Shown here: positions 46,661 through 59,133 of the stretch, in pieces
Numbering within the stretch: position 1 is the stretch's first letter
Layout: the number at the start of each line of letters is the position of its first letter
NCBI GenBank assembly: GCA_051942205.1
Contig: JAVECO010000019.1
Coordinates: 1 to 64,000, forward strand
From: Coniocarpon cinnabarinum
Lineage: Eukaryota
Reading direction: 5' to 3'
DNA: 64,000 nt
Program-made: the position numbers and the translations under genes
Notes under the pieces: model-generated
Told to the model about the DNA's origin: nothing
Databases searched by the model: none
Seen by the model: the letters and a program-made list of their open reading frames with translations, nothing else

Positions 46661-48655
46661 AGCCCTGGGAAACTTAGCTGAGACTCGTGCAACATATAAC
46701 GGCTGCCAGAGTTTGTGCAAGATGGTAAATGAGACAAGAAAAAGAAGGGGCTTTCGTCGACACGAAATAAGTTGCGCTAAGGACAGAAACGAAGTGTGGC
46801 GGTAGCAAGGTCATGTAGGAGTGGGCGTCGCGAGGGTGCGAGATAAAAGGCAAAGCAGTAAGTAAAACCGGAGGAGCAGACAAGCGGAGATCTTATAGAT
46901 ATACTACAGTATGGACCTATAAGTTGAGCAAATATAGCCGGATCGCGGGTAGTCAGAACTCGTGGTAACAATGCAGTCAAGCAATCCGCGCCTGTACTCT
47001 TTATCTCACCGTCGTGACTCTTCGTTAGAATGCACATCGGTCTGTTGTCTATGAAAGGTGAAAGCATCAGCGTTAATTCCCATCTACGGGAATCCATCCA
47101 CGAAGTTCTGAATTGATAGTGTTAGACTCGAGATGACCTGAGTCGCATGTCAGCAAAAACGATCATGCTGCAGCCGCAGATCGAGTAGAGTTGGGAGGTG
47201 TCGATCAGTTCTCCAAGGTGAATCGATTTTTGGTTTTCCACATGTGCTTCGGAAAGAACACAGCAAATATTGTAGCTCATCATAATGTCTCGACTTCTAT
47301 CAAACATTTTGTGACTCACCTCTACTATTTCAGCAATGTCGATCTCTTGCGAGTAGCTTGCTACACTGGGGGCAATATGAATCGTCAGCTTTTGAACTGA
47401 TGCTTTGCCACTCAACAACATATTGGAAGATTCGAGTGTCAGACTAAGTTCGTGTTAGCATTTCGGTCTGCAGATCATGCGTCGACAGGGCTTGGTGAAG
47501 AACTCACCTCATTAAATCAGTATTTTCAGTGTTTGGTAATGTTCACGACCAGCGTCGGTGTTTAAGCGACGTGGTTCAAACAGTGTGAATAGCTGTTCAT
47601 CATTTGATGCCTTTTCTCTCCTCTTCCTTACTAAATAAGAACATCTTACCTTTGCAGTTACTCAGTCCCAGTTTCCACCTCTTGTCAATGAGGTCGCGTT
47701 CAGGATTCCCATGTCCAAGTCGAACTCGTGCATCACACCTGGCAATGACACAGTCTCAGCGATTATTTTAAAGAGCTAATGGGCTCTGTTGACTGAGAAG
47801 AGCAGTATGATCAGAATCAATCGACTATCCCCACACACGCCAACGCGGTCCTACTCAGGATTTGTACAGTCCCGTTGCGAGTAGGTGCGAAAGACGCGTC
47901 GGTCCGCCAGTCGGACGATTTCATCATTTCATGCCGCTGTCTTCTCGTGATTCTTTCAGGTTCAAACGTTGTTTGAGCCTTCCCGTTGCATGTTCCGAGT
48001 AATTGAAGAATGACGCGGGCAGATGGGTACCTAACGTGCAAACGTTAGTCTAGGAGTCGAAAGATTGATGAATAATCAGTGAGTGAAGTTGAATGTCAGA
48101 CAAGGCTGAAACTGATGTAGTTCAACAAGAGTGTTCAGGACGAAGAATTCCTTTTGGTATTTTGTCTCGGTGTCATCATCTTAGAATGTCCATGTGAGGC
48201 AGGGAGAAGGTCCGTACCTTTAGCAATTTAAGCGCGATTGGCTGAAATGGAGAAGAGTCAAGCTAGTAGAAGCATCAGTAAAAGCAGCTGAGAGAAAGTT
48301 TGAGAGTCAAGGAGGAGGCATTGAAGTCAGAATAATTCTAGAGCATTTTGGTTCTCCGCAATGTGGTTAGGCGTTGGATTGTTTCAAATGTGTAACATCA
48401 CTCTCGCTGTTTCTACTGCATAAGGCTCAGACTCACTCGTGATCAGTCAGACTCGAGGCGTTCCATCTCTTCATGGACCAGTGCGAAGCACAGCTTTCAA
48501 GTCAGTACGGAGGGTATTGGAAAGTTCAAGCCCCACAGTTGAGAGGAGCCACGGCAGCTAAGAAATTATAACCCTAACCCTTAAAGGTATCCCCCTCCAA
48601 GTCATCCTCTCTTCCAACGCTCCTCGACTTCTCTCCGCAAAGGCTGCAAGCAAAC

Positions 48656-49543
48656 ATGTCCGAATACTGGGCTTCTACGCCTCGGATATGGTGCAAGCAC
48701 TGCCATGCCTTCTACCGCGACACCCCGCTCGACACACGCCAACACAACAACACGGGGAAGCACCAATCCGCGCTGCAACGCTCAATCCGTAATCTGCACA
48801 AGACTACAGAGCGCGAAGAGCGGGATTCTGCGCGCGCGAAAGCGGAGATCGAGCGTCTGAACGGCGTCGTGAGCGGGGCGCCTGTCACGAAGCAGAATAA
48901 CATCAAGAATGGAGGAAAGACGACAGACAGTGGGAATGCGGGGTCGTTAAGTGAGGGCGATCGGAAGAGGCAGATTGCGCAATTGGCGGCGATGGGCGTG
49001 GCGGTGCCGGAAGAATACAGAAGAGAAATGGCGATTGCGTCGGAGTGGCAGACAGTGTCGACGCGGCGGCTTAACGAAATTGGGAATGGTGTGAAAGAAG
49101 AGGATGGAGAAGATACGAAAGAGGGGCAGGAAGGTTGGGAGAGCAGTCGGGGTGTGCGGAGACGGCGGGAAGAGGATGATGAGGACGGGGAGGGTGATGA
49201 AGGTCGAAGAGCTGGTCCTAAAAATGGAAGAGAGAGGTTAGGGTGGGGACGGCGAGTGAAGAGATATAAGGAAATCGAGGACGAGGTGGACATTGAAGCG
49301 CTCATGGGAAAGAAAGAAGCGGAAGCTGACAAGGCGAAAGATGAGGTTGCAAAAGGCAATCCCAAGCACGAGACCGGGGACGAAGAGTCCCATAAGGATG
49401 CGAATGAGGAGGCTGAGCGTGCAGAGAACGTCGCGAACGCAGTTGATGGTGAGGATGTCAAGGGTGAGGACGGAGCGGAGGCGCCACTGACAGAGAAGGC
49501 GGTGGTATTTAAGAAACGCAAGAAGGGGACGGTTGGTGGTTGA
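48656..49543 (+). CDS. U1-C/matrin-type zinc-finger protein (WBP4/FBP21-like)
   Basis: MSEYW.STP..WCKHC............H.....HQ C2H2 finger, QLAAMGVAVPEEYR.EMA and C-terminal VVFKKRK. Confidence 0.85.
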   Translation: MSEYWASTPRIWCKHCHAFYRDTPLDTRQHNNTGKHQSALQRSIRNLHKTTEREERDSARAKAEIERLNGVVSGAPVTKQNNIKNGGKTTDSGNAGSLSEGDRKRQIAQLAAMGVAVPEEYRREMAIASEWQTVSTRRLNEIGNGVKEEDGEDTKEGQEGWESSRGVRRRREEDDEDGEGDEGRRAGPKNGRERLGWGRRVKRYKEIEDEVDIEALMGKKEAEADKAKDEVAKGNPKHETGDEESHKDANEEAERAENVANAVDGEDVKGEDGAEAPLTEKAVVFKKRKKGTVGG

Positions 49544-49853
49544 GCAGAGGACGTAGAGGACGCCATGGACGTCTTGATACCCGCCGACCGTCTTTTGACG
49601 GTGTGGATGGCCAACCAAAGAGGCAGCGTCACCCCCTTCACACAATCAAGTCAAGCCTTTGGCTGCCACATAAACGGGCGATGGCAATGCACGTACATGA
49701 AAACCGTGACTCTGGAATCCTTCTGAAGGCCACGAACAGGACGGTTACTGTCAATTGTGAGGACGTCAACGCTGCATGTCCACAACGCAGTAAAAAATTA
49801 GCAAATCCACAGCCGCCATGCAACCTGCCTCCATCTTGAATGTGCAAGTCACA

Positions 49854-51444
49854 TTACTTACTAGCTCCGCCCTTGAGCAAGTCTTCTGCGACCTTGTCCT
49901 TCGTCCCATGTGTCTCAGTCGGTTGTAGACTCCCACGTCTCTTCGTCTCATCCAAATTCTCATGACTTTGTGCTGCCTTCTTCAATCTCTCGCTATCCTC
50001 ATGTCTCAAATCATGTTTCTTCTCCTCTTGCTTTTCCTCTTTGTCTTCGTCGCTGTCACCCAGACTGAACGGGTCATTGTCGTCCGCTTCAGGAGCAGGC
50101 GCGACACTTGTGAGAGGCTGCCACTTCTTGGACTTGTGACCAGACGCCGGCGAAGGCTGTCGTTTGTCTGAAGGGTGTGGATGCGAATAGAGGGCGTCGA
50201 CTTCGTCTACAGGGCCAGATTGTGGAGCTGGTGGAGTGGGCTTGAAAAGATCCGGATTTGCGAGAGGGCGATTTGGTTTCTTGGGAGCCTTCTCGTCCCC
50301 CTCTGTTCCTTTGTTAGCATCGTCACGCAGCCATACTTTTCACAACGTGATTGTGACACGAACCTTCGTCATGCATCTCCAGTTGTGTGAAATCGTCGCT
50401 CAACACCTTTGGATCAGCGTCGTATCGATCCTGATCCGTACTTCGTCGCTGTCCGGACATCTGACGTATGCCTGCCATCTGTCGCGTCTGGCTAGGACCA
50501 AAGTTCTGGCGCTGAGGTTGGGCCATGGGGCCTGGACCGATTTCATCTTCCGGGCTATCGCCGTCCATGCGCTTCTTGAAATCTGTAATCCATTTGTTGA
50601 CTTTTGTCTGTGTGGTAAGAAAGCCCTGACGGACATTTTCGCGAATAGCAGCGAAATCATCTGAGTTAGTTTCATATCAGCATGTTCCCTGAACTATCCG
50701 CTTTATGCAAGCCTCACCGTCTAATGACGTACCTTCCTCTTCTTCCTCGTGGTTGGGGGCGCGCTGTCTGGGTGGGCCGCGAGGTGCACGTGGGGCATGA
50801 CCGTACTGTCCACCGGTGGAGTTATAGTGAGCTGCGAGTTGCCTGGCGTAGAGCTCGTCTTGCTCCAGTTGCTGTTGTTGCGCCGAAGGACGTGGCGGCT
50901 TTTGCGGCGGTTGTTCTACCACGGGTTCAACTTCGGGCTCAGGCTCCTGGAAGTCAGGATCCGACATTTCTGGTCGCATGCATTAGCTGTGATGACCGCT
51001 TCATCTCCTTCAGACTGTGCCATACTCAGTAGTGCATTGAACGCCTTCTCCACGTTGTTTCCGCTCGCATCAAGAACAGCTCGGACAACTTTCGTATCCA
51101 CCGAAGGGAATGCTTCAATAAGAGTCGCTTGGTTCTGCTCTCTTGCACTCATCGGCCGCGGCGGTTTTTGAGGTGGAGCCTCCTCGGTCGTGCTCGTATC
51201 GGTCTGCTGTTGCATGGAGCTTGTCCGAGGTGGTTTTGCGGGTGTGGAGTTGGAAGTCGTAGTTCCATCATTGGCAATCACGCCAGTCTCTTGCATGTCG
51301 TCGTCGAAGTCAAGAGGCTGCGCAGTGGTCGGCGATTCTGCACCATTATTGGAGTCTTTATTGTGCTATGCCCTGGTCAGATGGTAGGCAACAGTAATAC
51401 AAGAAGAGACTGACAGGTTTCTCCGGCGTCGTCGTCTCGGCCAT
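49854..51444 (-). CDS. CUE5: CUE-domain ubiquitin-binding protein (multi-exon)
   Basis: AESPTTAQPLDFDDD; CUE domain LIEAFPSVDTKVVRAVLDASGNNVEKAFNALLSM; QLEQDELYARQLA; YDADPKVLSDDF; DPFSLGDSD. Confidence 0.85.
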
Positions 51445-51853
51445 GGTGGGTCTGATACCACCGACCAACAGGATGAGACCGAATTTGAACTCGTTGGATC
51501 AGTAAGGTTAGGTCAACCGAGTGATCTGTCTTGTTTCAACTCTCGGAGCACGCTTATGCGCCACAGCGCATTACGACACCGCCACGTGGCTTTCCCTTAG
51601 CCCCTTCGTTTGTGGTATAGCCGGGCAGGGTTCGTCAGAGAGCAGGATGTTCATCAAAAACTTGATCTTTCGTGCTCCCAACTTCGGTGCAAGAGAAAAC
51701 CATTTGCCCAGCGAGTTTGTTTATTGAGATAGTTGTAGCTTTCAGGGGTAATTTCTGATTCCATTGTTGGACACTGTCCCCATCCGTTCTCAGCATTAGG
51801 TCCAAAGGAAAGTCGCTGCCTGAGTTGAATCATTGCAGCCGCTGACCCAGTGC

Positions 51854-53190
51854 TCACTTCTCTTGAGCCCACCTGTGTTCGCGCAGTGGCATCTCCTTGC
51901 CATCTCTTTTCCGGCTCCGGTTCATTTCGGCCTTCCAAGCCCAGTATTCGCCCAGCCTCGTTTCTGCGTACGAAGTGTAATCAAAATCGATTCGAGAGAT
52001 CATGGACTGAATAATTGCCCAAGTACCCCAGTACAGACCCGGCATGCCTCTGAACAGATCGACTTCGTCCATGAGCGCATCCACGTCGGCGTCATGTCTG
52101 GCGTTCTCTCCATTGACAAGGCCGTTACTTCTGCGAGCTTGATGCTCACGAAAGCTGGCCACATAGCGATCAACAAATGCGCGGCGTTCTGCACGCGTGG
52201 GGATGTTGTTCATGTCACAATCAAAACCAATCCATTCCGCAAAGTGATTGGCCAGGTCAAAGGCTTGTGGTGCGGGCGTGGTATACTCGTAATCGATGAA
52301 GCTTACTTCTTGCTCCTGATCATCGCGTGCCTTGGGCAGAACAATAACATTGCCACTCAATAAGTCTGTATGGCTCAAGACAAATTGGTCATCGCTCAGC
52401 TTGGACACCCCACCCAACAGCTTTACTGAGCTCTCCAGCTCCTCTTGCAGCATTTGTCGACGCTGCATTTCTTGCTCGGTCGATCGCGGAAGAGCTCTGA
52501 TCCATCGCTGTAAGACTGTCCACACGTTTGGGATCGGCTGACCAGGTAAAAGTTTGTTGAGGTGGACATATTGATGGTCTTCCTGTCGTGTCCCGGCGAC
52601 TGCCTCAGCTACCGGTAGAGTTGCGTGCCACTGTCCGAGCCTACGCGCGGTCGCCGGCCATACGTCGGACCGTCTGAGGTCTCCCGGTGTACACGGACTG
52701 CCCTCGATAAAAGAGTATAGCAGACCGTTGTTGAAGCGGGCACGCAACGCAGGTGCAAGCTTGTGGCGAGCGAGAATCGAATGAGATCTCGCTTCTCCTT
52801 GAAGAGCGAGCAAGATTAGCTCATTGTTCAACAATACCTATTAGAGGCTGATGGACTTACTTTCACGGTCTATTAGAACCTCGGTGCCGTTCCCATAAGC
52901 ACGTAAGAGGATAGCCTCTTGATCTAATTGGCGTTGATTGTAGCCGGGTCTTTTCTTGACAGCCTTGAACAACTTAATGAGGATTAGCTCATTGCGTTAA
53001 TTAGTCCCGACTTGTGAGAGACTGAACGCACTGTATTTGTGATGCCGTCCTTGAACCTTTCAAAGTCAATTTCGCCTGGGGAGGTTTTCCATTCTGGGTT
53101 TAGGGCATAGATCAAGCTCCGAGCAGATGCATCAGAGTCGAACGCATTATAGGAAAGATCAATGGTCCGCACTGGGTCTGGCTTAGACAT
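51854..53190 (-). CDS. EKI1: Ethanolamine/choline kinase (multi-exon)
   Basis: DGITNT, LLRAYGNGTEVLIDR, ARFNNGLLY, Brenner motif SHTDLLSGN, FIDYEY, AFDLANHFAEW and IDFDY. Confidence 0.92.
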
Positions 53191-54112
53191 TATAGGCGCT
53201 TATAGGATCGGCGTGGTGTTCGTTGACACCACTCCTCAACTCGGAATACACAAAAAGAAGTACTGCACGAGGGTGCATCAGAGGCTGTCCTTGAGGTTGA
53301 TACGGGGGTCTTGGTAGTGTATCCGCTCTCCAGATGGGAGTTCACACTTCAGCATGGGCCAAGCGGGTAGCAGGCAGAGATTTAAACGGTGCCACACGCC
53401 ACGAGACCAACAGCTGTGAGCTTCAATCGGACGTCATAGGTCTTGACGCAGAGTCATTGTGGACTTGCAGCCAATCGCAGAGGTCGAACGGCAATGAAAG
53501 CGTCCTTTTTCCTGGCTTTATATAAGCTGTGAATGATTGTAGTAGCGTAAGAGCTAGCGCTGGAGAGAAGGAGCACACGACACTCGCCGCGTTTCGATAA
53601 GTTTGGTGGGATAAGTACCTGGAGGAGCAACGTCCGCGTGGACCCTCAACTGGCGGAGCGACTCCGACGATCATGTGACTAGGCTCTTGGCGCAAACGTC
53701 TTAGCGTGGCACGTGCGTGGTGACCTTCATTTCCAGTTCCATTCTCGACCAGCTTGTCCTCTTCAAATGACGTGCTGTGTTAAAGGAATCCTTCCCTCCC
53801 CGTAACGCAATGCTTCTCGGATACGTGAATCGCGCGAAAGACCATCCACGTATCGACTCTCGCATCGATGCCGAGCGATCGTGAACGCCTAGACTTTTCG
53901 GCTGCGCATCTCCGAGCTGACAAGATGCCACCTCTCGATATGCGCCCCATGTATACCTGTCCATATCCTCAAATCGCTCTGCTGTTGCGCCGTACCTGTG
54001 CATCTCACTTCACATAGACTCGTCCCTGCGACATGATTCGTAAAACTTCCGCATAGCTTTCTTGCACGATGCTGCAGTGAATTGCTTTGACATCTCCCGC
54101 CCCCTTATCAAA

Positions 54113-56884
54113 ATGCCTCGCAAAGGCCACAACTTCCACGGCGAACAGCAGCCTCTGCTGTCTCCATTACTAACAAAACACGGAAAAAAGTACAGTGGTG
54201 ATGCAGCTTCACTGGTATCTTCCCATTTTTCAGGCTTGGGTGGAAGTGCCATTGGAGAGCGTATGGAATACAACGACTACACAACAGTCGACTGGTAAGT
54301 TACTGGCAGAGATCGAAATAACTGGCTTGCTAAACATCTCATCACAGGCTTCATGATCTCGTGAGCAAACGCCTTGCTTGAACTCTATTGAGTTCTGGAA
54401 TTGCTGACGAGTCGCAGGTGAGAGACTCCTATCGCCATCGATATGCCCACAGCGGGAAAGGAATCCGAGGGAGGCTCGTGGCTTATTTCGATTCAGCATC
54501 CGGATGGATAGCAGCGATCATTATGGGTGTCATGACTGCATTCGTTGGTCTCGCCGTCGACAACGCCGAGGCAACGTTCAGTGATTGGAAATTTGGAGCA
54601 TGCCGACGCAATCCCTTACTCAGCCGGGCCTCATGCTGTCAAGGCAGCTCATCGGTACGGATGCCACCCGACTCCGAAATGGGAGTGAATTGTGATGAGT
54701 TCCGGATATGGTCGCAGCACCAGTGGACAGCGTTTGCCATCTACGGCGCCTTCGCCGTGGCTTTCGGGTTGATCGCATGCGGTCTCACGTTGACAACAAA
54801 AGCTGCATTGCCAGCTGCTGCTCCTAGCAAAGGTATGAAGCATGCTGAACCCGGTGAATCTCTGCCAGCACCACGTGGCAAATTCCTGTATATGGCATCA
54901 GGCTCTGGAATACCGGAACTCAAGACGATACTGTCTGGCTTCGTGATCCCTCACTTTCTGGGATTGAAAGTTCTCCTTGTCAAGGCCGTTGGCGCTGCAT
55001 TTGCGGTGTCTAGCAACATGTGCATTGGCAAGGAAGGGCCGTTTGTGCACATCTCTGCGTGTGTCGGCAACTTGGTCGCAATGCGTTTTACCAAGTTCCG
55101 CACAAATTCCCGGAAATATCGCGAAATTATGGCCGCTGCCTTAGCTGCTGGCATCTCGGCGGCTTTTGGGGCTCCGATCGGTGGCGTGCTGTTCGCATAT
55201 GAGGAGGTTGCAACGTACTTCCCAAGAACCACACTCTGGAGGGCCTTCCTATGTTCAGCTTTTGCTGCCATCATTCTCAAAACTTTCAACCCGGAGGGAG
55301 AAGGCAAGCTCATGTTATATGAAACTCATTATGGAGTCAAGTACTTGGCACAGCACTATGCGGCTTTCATTCTCATCGGCGTGGCCGGCGGCGTCTGGGG
55401 TGGCTTGTTTTGCAGACTGAGCGACGTTTGGGGCAAATGGTTTCGTTCATTCAGCGCAATCAAGAAGTATCCCATGTTCGAAGTCCTCCTGGTGGTTTTG
55501 GTGTCTGTCGCGGTACAATATCCCAATCCGTTGACGCGCGTCAGTGGCGAGCGAGTCATCAAGAACAGTCTAGTCGATTGTTCAGACCCAAGCATGGCCC
55601 AGTCGTGGATATGTCGCAACGAGGGCGCAGAAACAACTCAATGGGCCTATGTTGGCTGGCTTGTACATGGGTGCTTGTCAAAGCTCGTTCTGACGATGTA
55701 AGTGCTGCCAACCCTAACATTCAACCGGGGACTGGCTAACGAATCATACCTAGAGCTGCCCATGGCACGAAAGTCCCCTCGGGACTAATCATCCCAGCAC
55801 TCGGTGGTGGAGCGTTCTTTGGGCGCCTGCTTGGACAGTCAATCGACACAATATCTCCAGGCATCTTTGCAATGGTTGGTGCCGGCGGTAAGCTTGAATT
55901 CATTCAAAATATGTCTCCGAACGACGAGCTCATAGCTTTTAGCTTTTCTCGCTGGCATCAGCAAGATGACTATTTCACTTTGCGTCATTATGCTCGAGTT
56001 GACCGGTGAGCTGCGATACATTCTGCCGCACATGATCGCCATCATGGTCGCGAAATGGACGTCAGACCTCTTTTCAGCGGATGGCATCTACGATCTTACG
56101 CAGGCCACTCTTGGACAGTAAGTGCTCATCGTGGTCTCGTACATGAGTTGGCTGAAAATTGGATGCTAACCGTGAACAAAAGCCCCTTTTTAGACACCGA
56201 CAAGTCGATGAGACTCATACAACGCCAAGACCCACCTCACACCCTGAGAAGGCTCGTGCCGTCCATGATGACCATGGACGAAATGACAGTCACTGTTGAC
56301 AAGGACAACAAAGTCTCTCGCGCCTTGTTGGAGACGAAGCTGGAGCAGCTCAAATGCCTTGGCCTACTCGATGGTGGCCTAGTACTACTGCAAAATGGAG
56401 GTGCATTGCAAGGATTCCTCGGCGAGAACGAGCTCGAGTTCGGGCTGCAAGACCTTGGACAACACTACCCTAAAGACGGGCGTGTGCGATTGCTTGGTCA
56501 ACGATTGGATGGCCTTGTCGGCTACTCACCTCAAGACGAAGAACGAGATCCGCTCATCAATCAGGCATTACAGCAGAACGGGGAGTTGGACCTGAGCAGG
56601 TTTGTGGACAGGACTCCTATTGGCCTATGTGAAGTGTGAGTCGAGCATAATTGCCTCCATTATTTGCTGAGCTAACGAGAGCATGTAGTGCCCCGATGGA
56701 ATTTGTGCTCGAAACATTCGCTAAGCTCGGCGTGAGACACATCATCATCCATCAAGAAGGCACCGGCCTGGTGGTTGGAGTGGTGTCTAAGAAGCGTATG
56801 CTGGCCTACGTAAGTGCCTCTTAGCACCGTGCATGCAAGCTTTGTCGAGCTGACCGTTTCGCTCAGGTGGAAGCTTTACATTGA
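54113..56884 (+). CDS. ClC-family chloride channel/antiporter (multi-exon)
   Basis: YTTVDW, GSGIPE, GKEGPFVH, FGAPIGGVLFAYEE, VPSGLIIP and ELTG..Y; several GT-AG introns; C-terminal CBS-like region ending VEALH*. Confidence 0.92.
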
Positions 56885-57273
56885 AGAGCACGAAGACACA
56901 ATGATCGCAAAGGTAACAGCGCGGCGTAACACGGTCGCACGAATGCACAAGAGACGCCTCGACGCGTCCAGTGCACGCATGTGATTGGCTGCACGAGACA
57001 ACGGAGGATATTGACCCGAGCGTAATACAAATGACGTCGTCTGTTTTCCGATCTGAATGCATCGGCAACTCCTTTCCATTCCCAATTGTAGACACGACGT
57101 GACGATAGGTTGTCTGTATCTCCCGAGGTTGCTGCATTCCTTGCCTTGTATTGTGGTTTCCCGTTGCGATCCAGGTCAAGTGTTTGTGTAGTATGGCATC
57201 ATCTCCTCGAATCTTGCGCTCGTCATCCAGACTCTCACAGCTGTCATCCCAGCTTCGACCCACAGTCCACCAG

Positions 57274-58544
57274 ATGACGCAAAAGCGACATGCCACGCAC
57301 GATACCAAATTCAAGCTTAACAATGGCGATTCGATCCCGTGAGTCCAGAGCATTCATCCCGATCCGTGTTCCCTGAACGGGCTCTCTTCTTACTGGTGTA
57401 TACTGACTACCCTCCCAGCTCACTAGGATTTGGTACATGGCGCGATCCCGACCAGTAAATCTCTAGGTCTCCCAGTTGCGATCCAGACTGACGGCTTCAT
57501 AGTCAGCAAGCCGCCGTTCTCCACGCGCTCAGATCTGGATATCGACACATTGATGGCGCACGGATCTACGGGACAGAGCCAGCGGTTGCAAACGCCATGA
57601 GAGACTCCGGTGTACCGAGAAGTGATATCTTCTTGACCACCAAGCTCTGGAACAACTCGCACGCTCCGGCGTCTGTAGAAAAGGCTTGTGATGCATCACT
57701 CAAAGACCTCAAGACGGATTATCTTGATCTGTACCTGATGCACTGGCCGTGTGCCTTTGCTGATGGGGACGTGATGAATCCTGATGACGGCAACGGCAAC
57801 CGCTTGAGGGGTGACACAGATTACGTGGACACCTGGGCCGCGATGGAGAATCTTGTCAGCAAGGGCAAGGTGAAAGCCATTGGAATTTCAAACTTCTCCA
57901 AGGGCGAGGTAGAGCGACTCTTACAGCACGCGAAAATTAAGCCGGCAGTGCACCAGGTTGAACTCCATCCCTATCTTCAGCAGAAGTCCTGTGAGTTTTC
58001 TGAACATCTCTTTCTACATCCTATAATGTGTTCCTTGCTGGATTGTAGGACAAGTTATGGCTGTGCTGCATGAAGATACTATTGTATGATCGGTGCTGAC
58101 TTCTGATTCGCGACAGTCATGGACTTCCACCAGCAGCACAACATCCACGTCACGCAGTACTCTCCATTCGGCAACCGAAACGATATCTACTCAAAGGGAC
58201 AGCAGATTGGCCAGCTCATCGAGGACCCTGTCATTCTTGACATTGCGAAAAAGCACAACAAGACCGGCGCTCAAGTCACACTGGCCTGGGGCATCCAGAC
58301 AGGGAATTCCGTGATCCCAAAGTCGAAGACGCCATCACGGATTGATGAGAACATTAGCTTGCCAACCTTGGACGAAGGTGACATGCAGAAAATTGCCGGT
58401 ATTGACAAAAGGCTTCGCTTCAACGATCCCAGCGCGCGGTTTGGGTGGAATTTCGTAAGTTATACTGCTTACTCGTCACAGTCAAGTATGATAGACACTG
58501 ACACTTTGGCGTCACAGTATAGCGATCTGGAAGGAAAGGCGTAA
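57274..58544 (+). CDS. Aldo-keto reductase (multi-exon)
   Basis: KLNNG..IP, GFGTW, GYRHIDGA..Y, IFLTTKLWN, DYLDLYLMHWP, GKVKAIGISNF and VIPKS. Confidence 0.93.
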
Positions 58545-59133
58545 GCCATTCGCTGCTTCTATCGCGACCGAGGGACATTTATATGACCGATATTTGGCCA
58601 CGGAAGCTGGGCCAGGCATTGATGTGAGGTACATGTAGGCAGGAAAGTGTACGATAGTGTATACATACACAAAGTCCGACTTTGCCCAACCTGCTAGTCC
58701 CCCGAGCATTGTCAACGCCTGTCCATTGGCTAAAGCGAGAAGGGTACCTTACTGTGGTGGTGGCGACATGACTCAAGAGGGGACAGCCCCACAAATCCTC
58801 CAGGTCGTGTCAGCCATCCCGGTTTTGTTCTAGCCATTCTCACCTGCTTCCTCATTGCCAAACGCTCGTGGTCGAAGATTCCCAATCCTGTGCATATATC
58901 GCGTCCGAGCTACGCGTCCAATGTTAAACGAATGTAACGACAATGGAAGCCCCCCTCCATAGCGCCTCTTCCCCTCAGATGAGCCATGCGACCACGTGTT
59001 GCCCCACGTGTATTACTCGTCAACCTGAATCTTAAGCTGAACCTCATCAGTATTCACCCTTTGGAAGATTTAAATATGACTACACGCCGGGTACCCCGAG
59101 CTGCTCAGCGCCAGTCACGCCAGCCTTCTCGCC

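Noticed and set aside
48712..49641. 309-aa minus-strand Ser-rich ORF
   Set aside because: Antisense shadow of the E/K/D-rich zinc-finger gene; non-ATG start and no independent motif.
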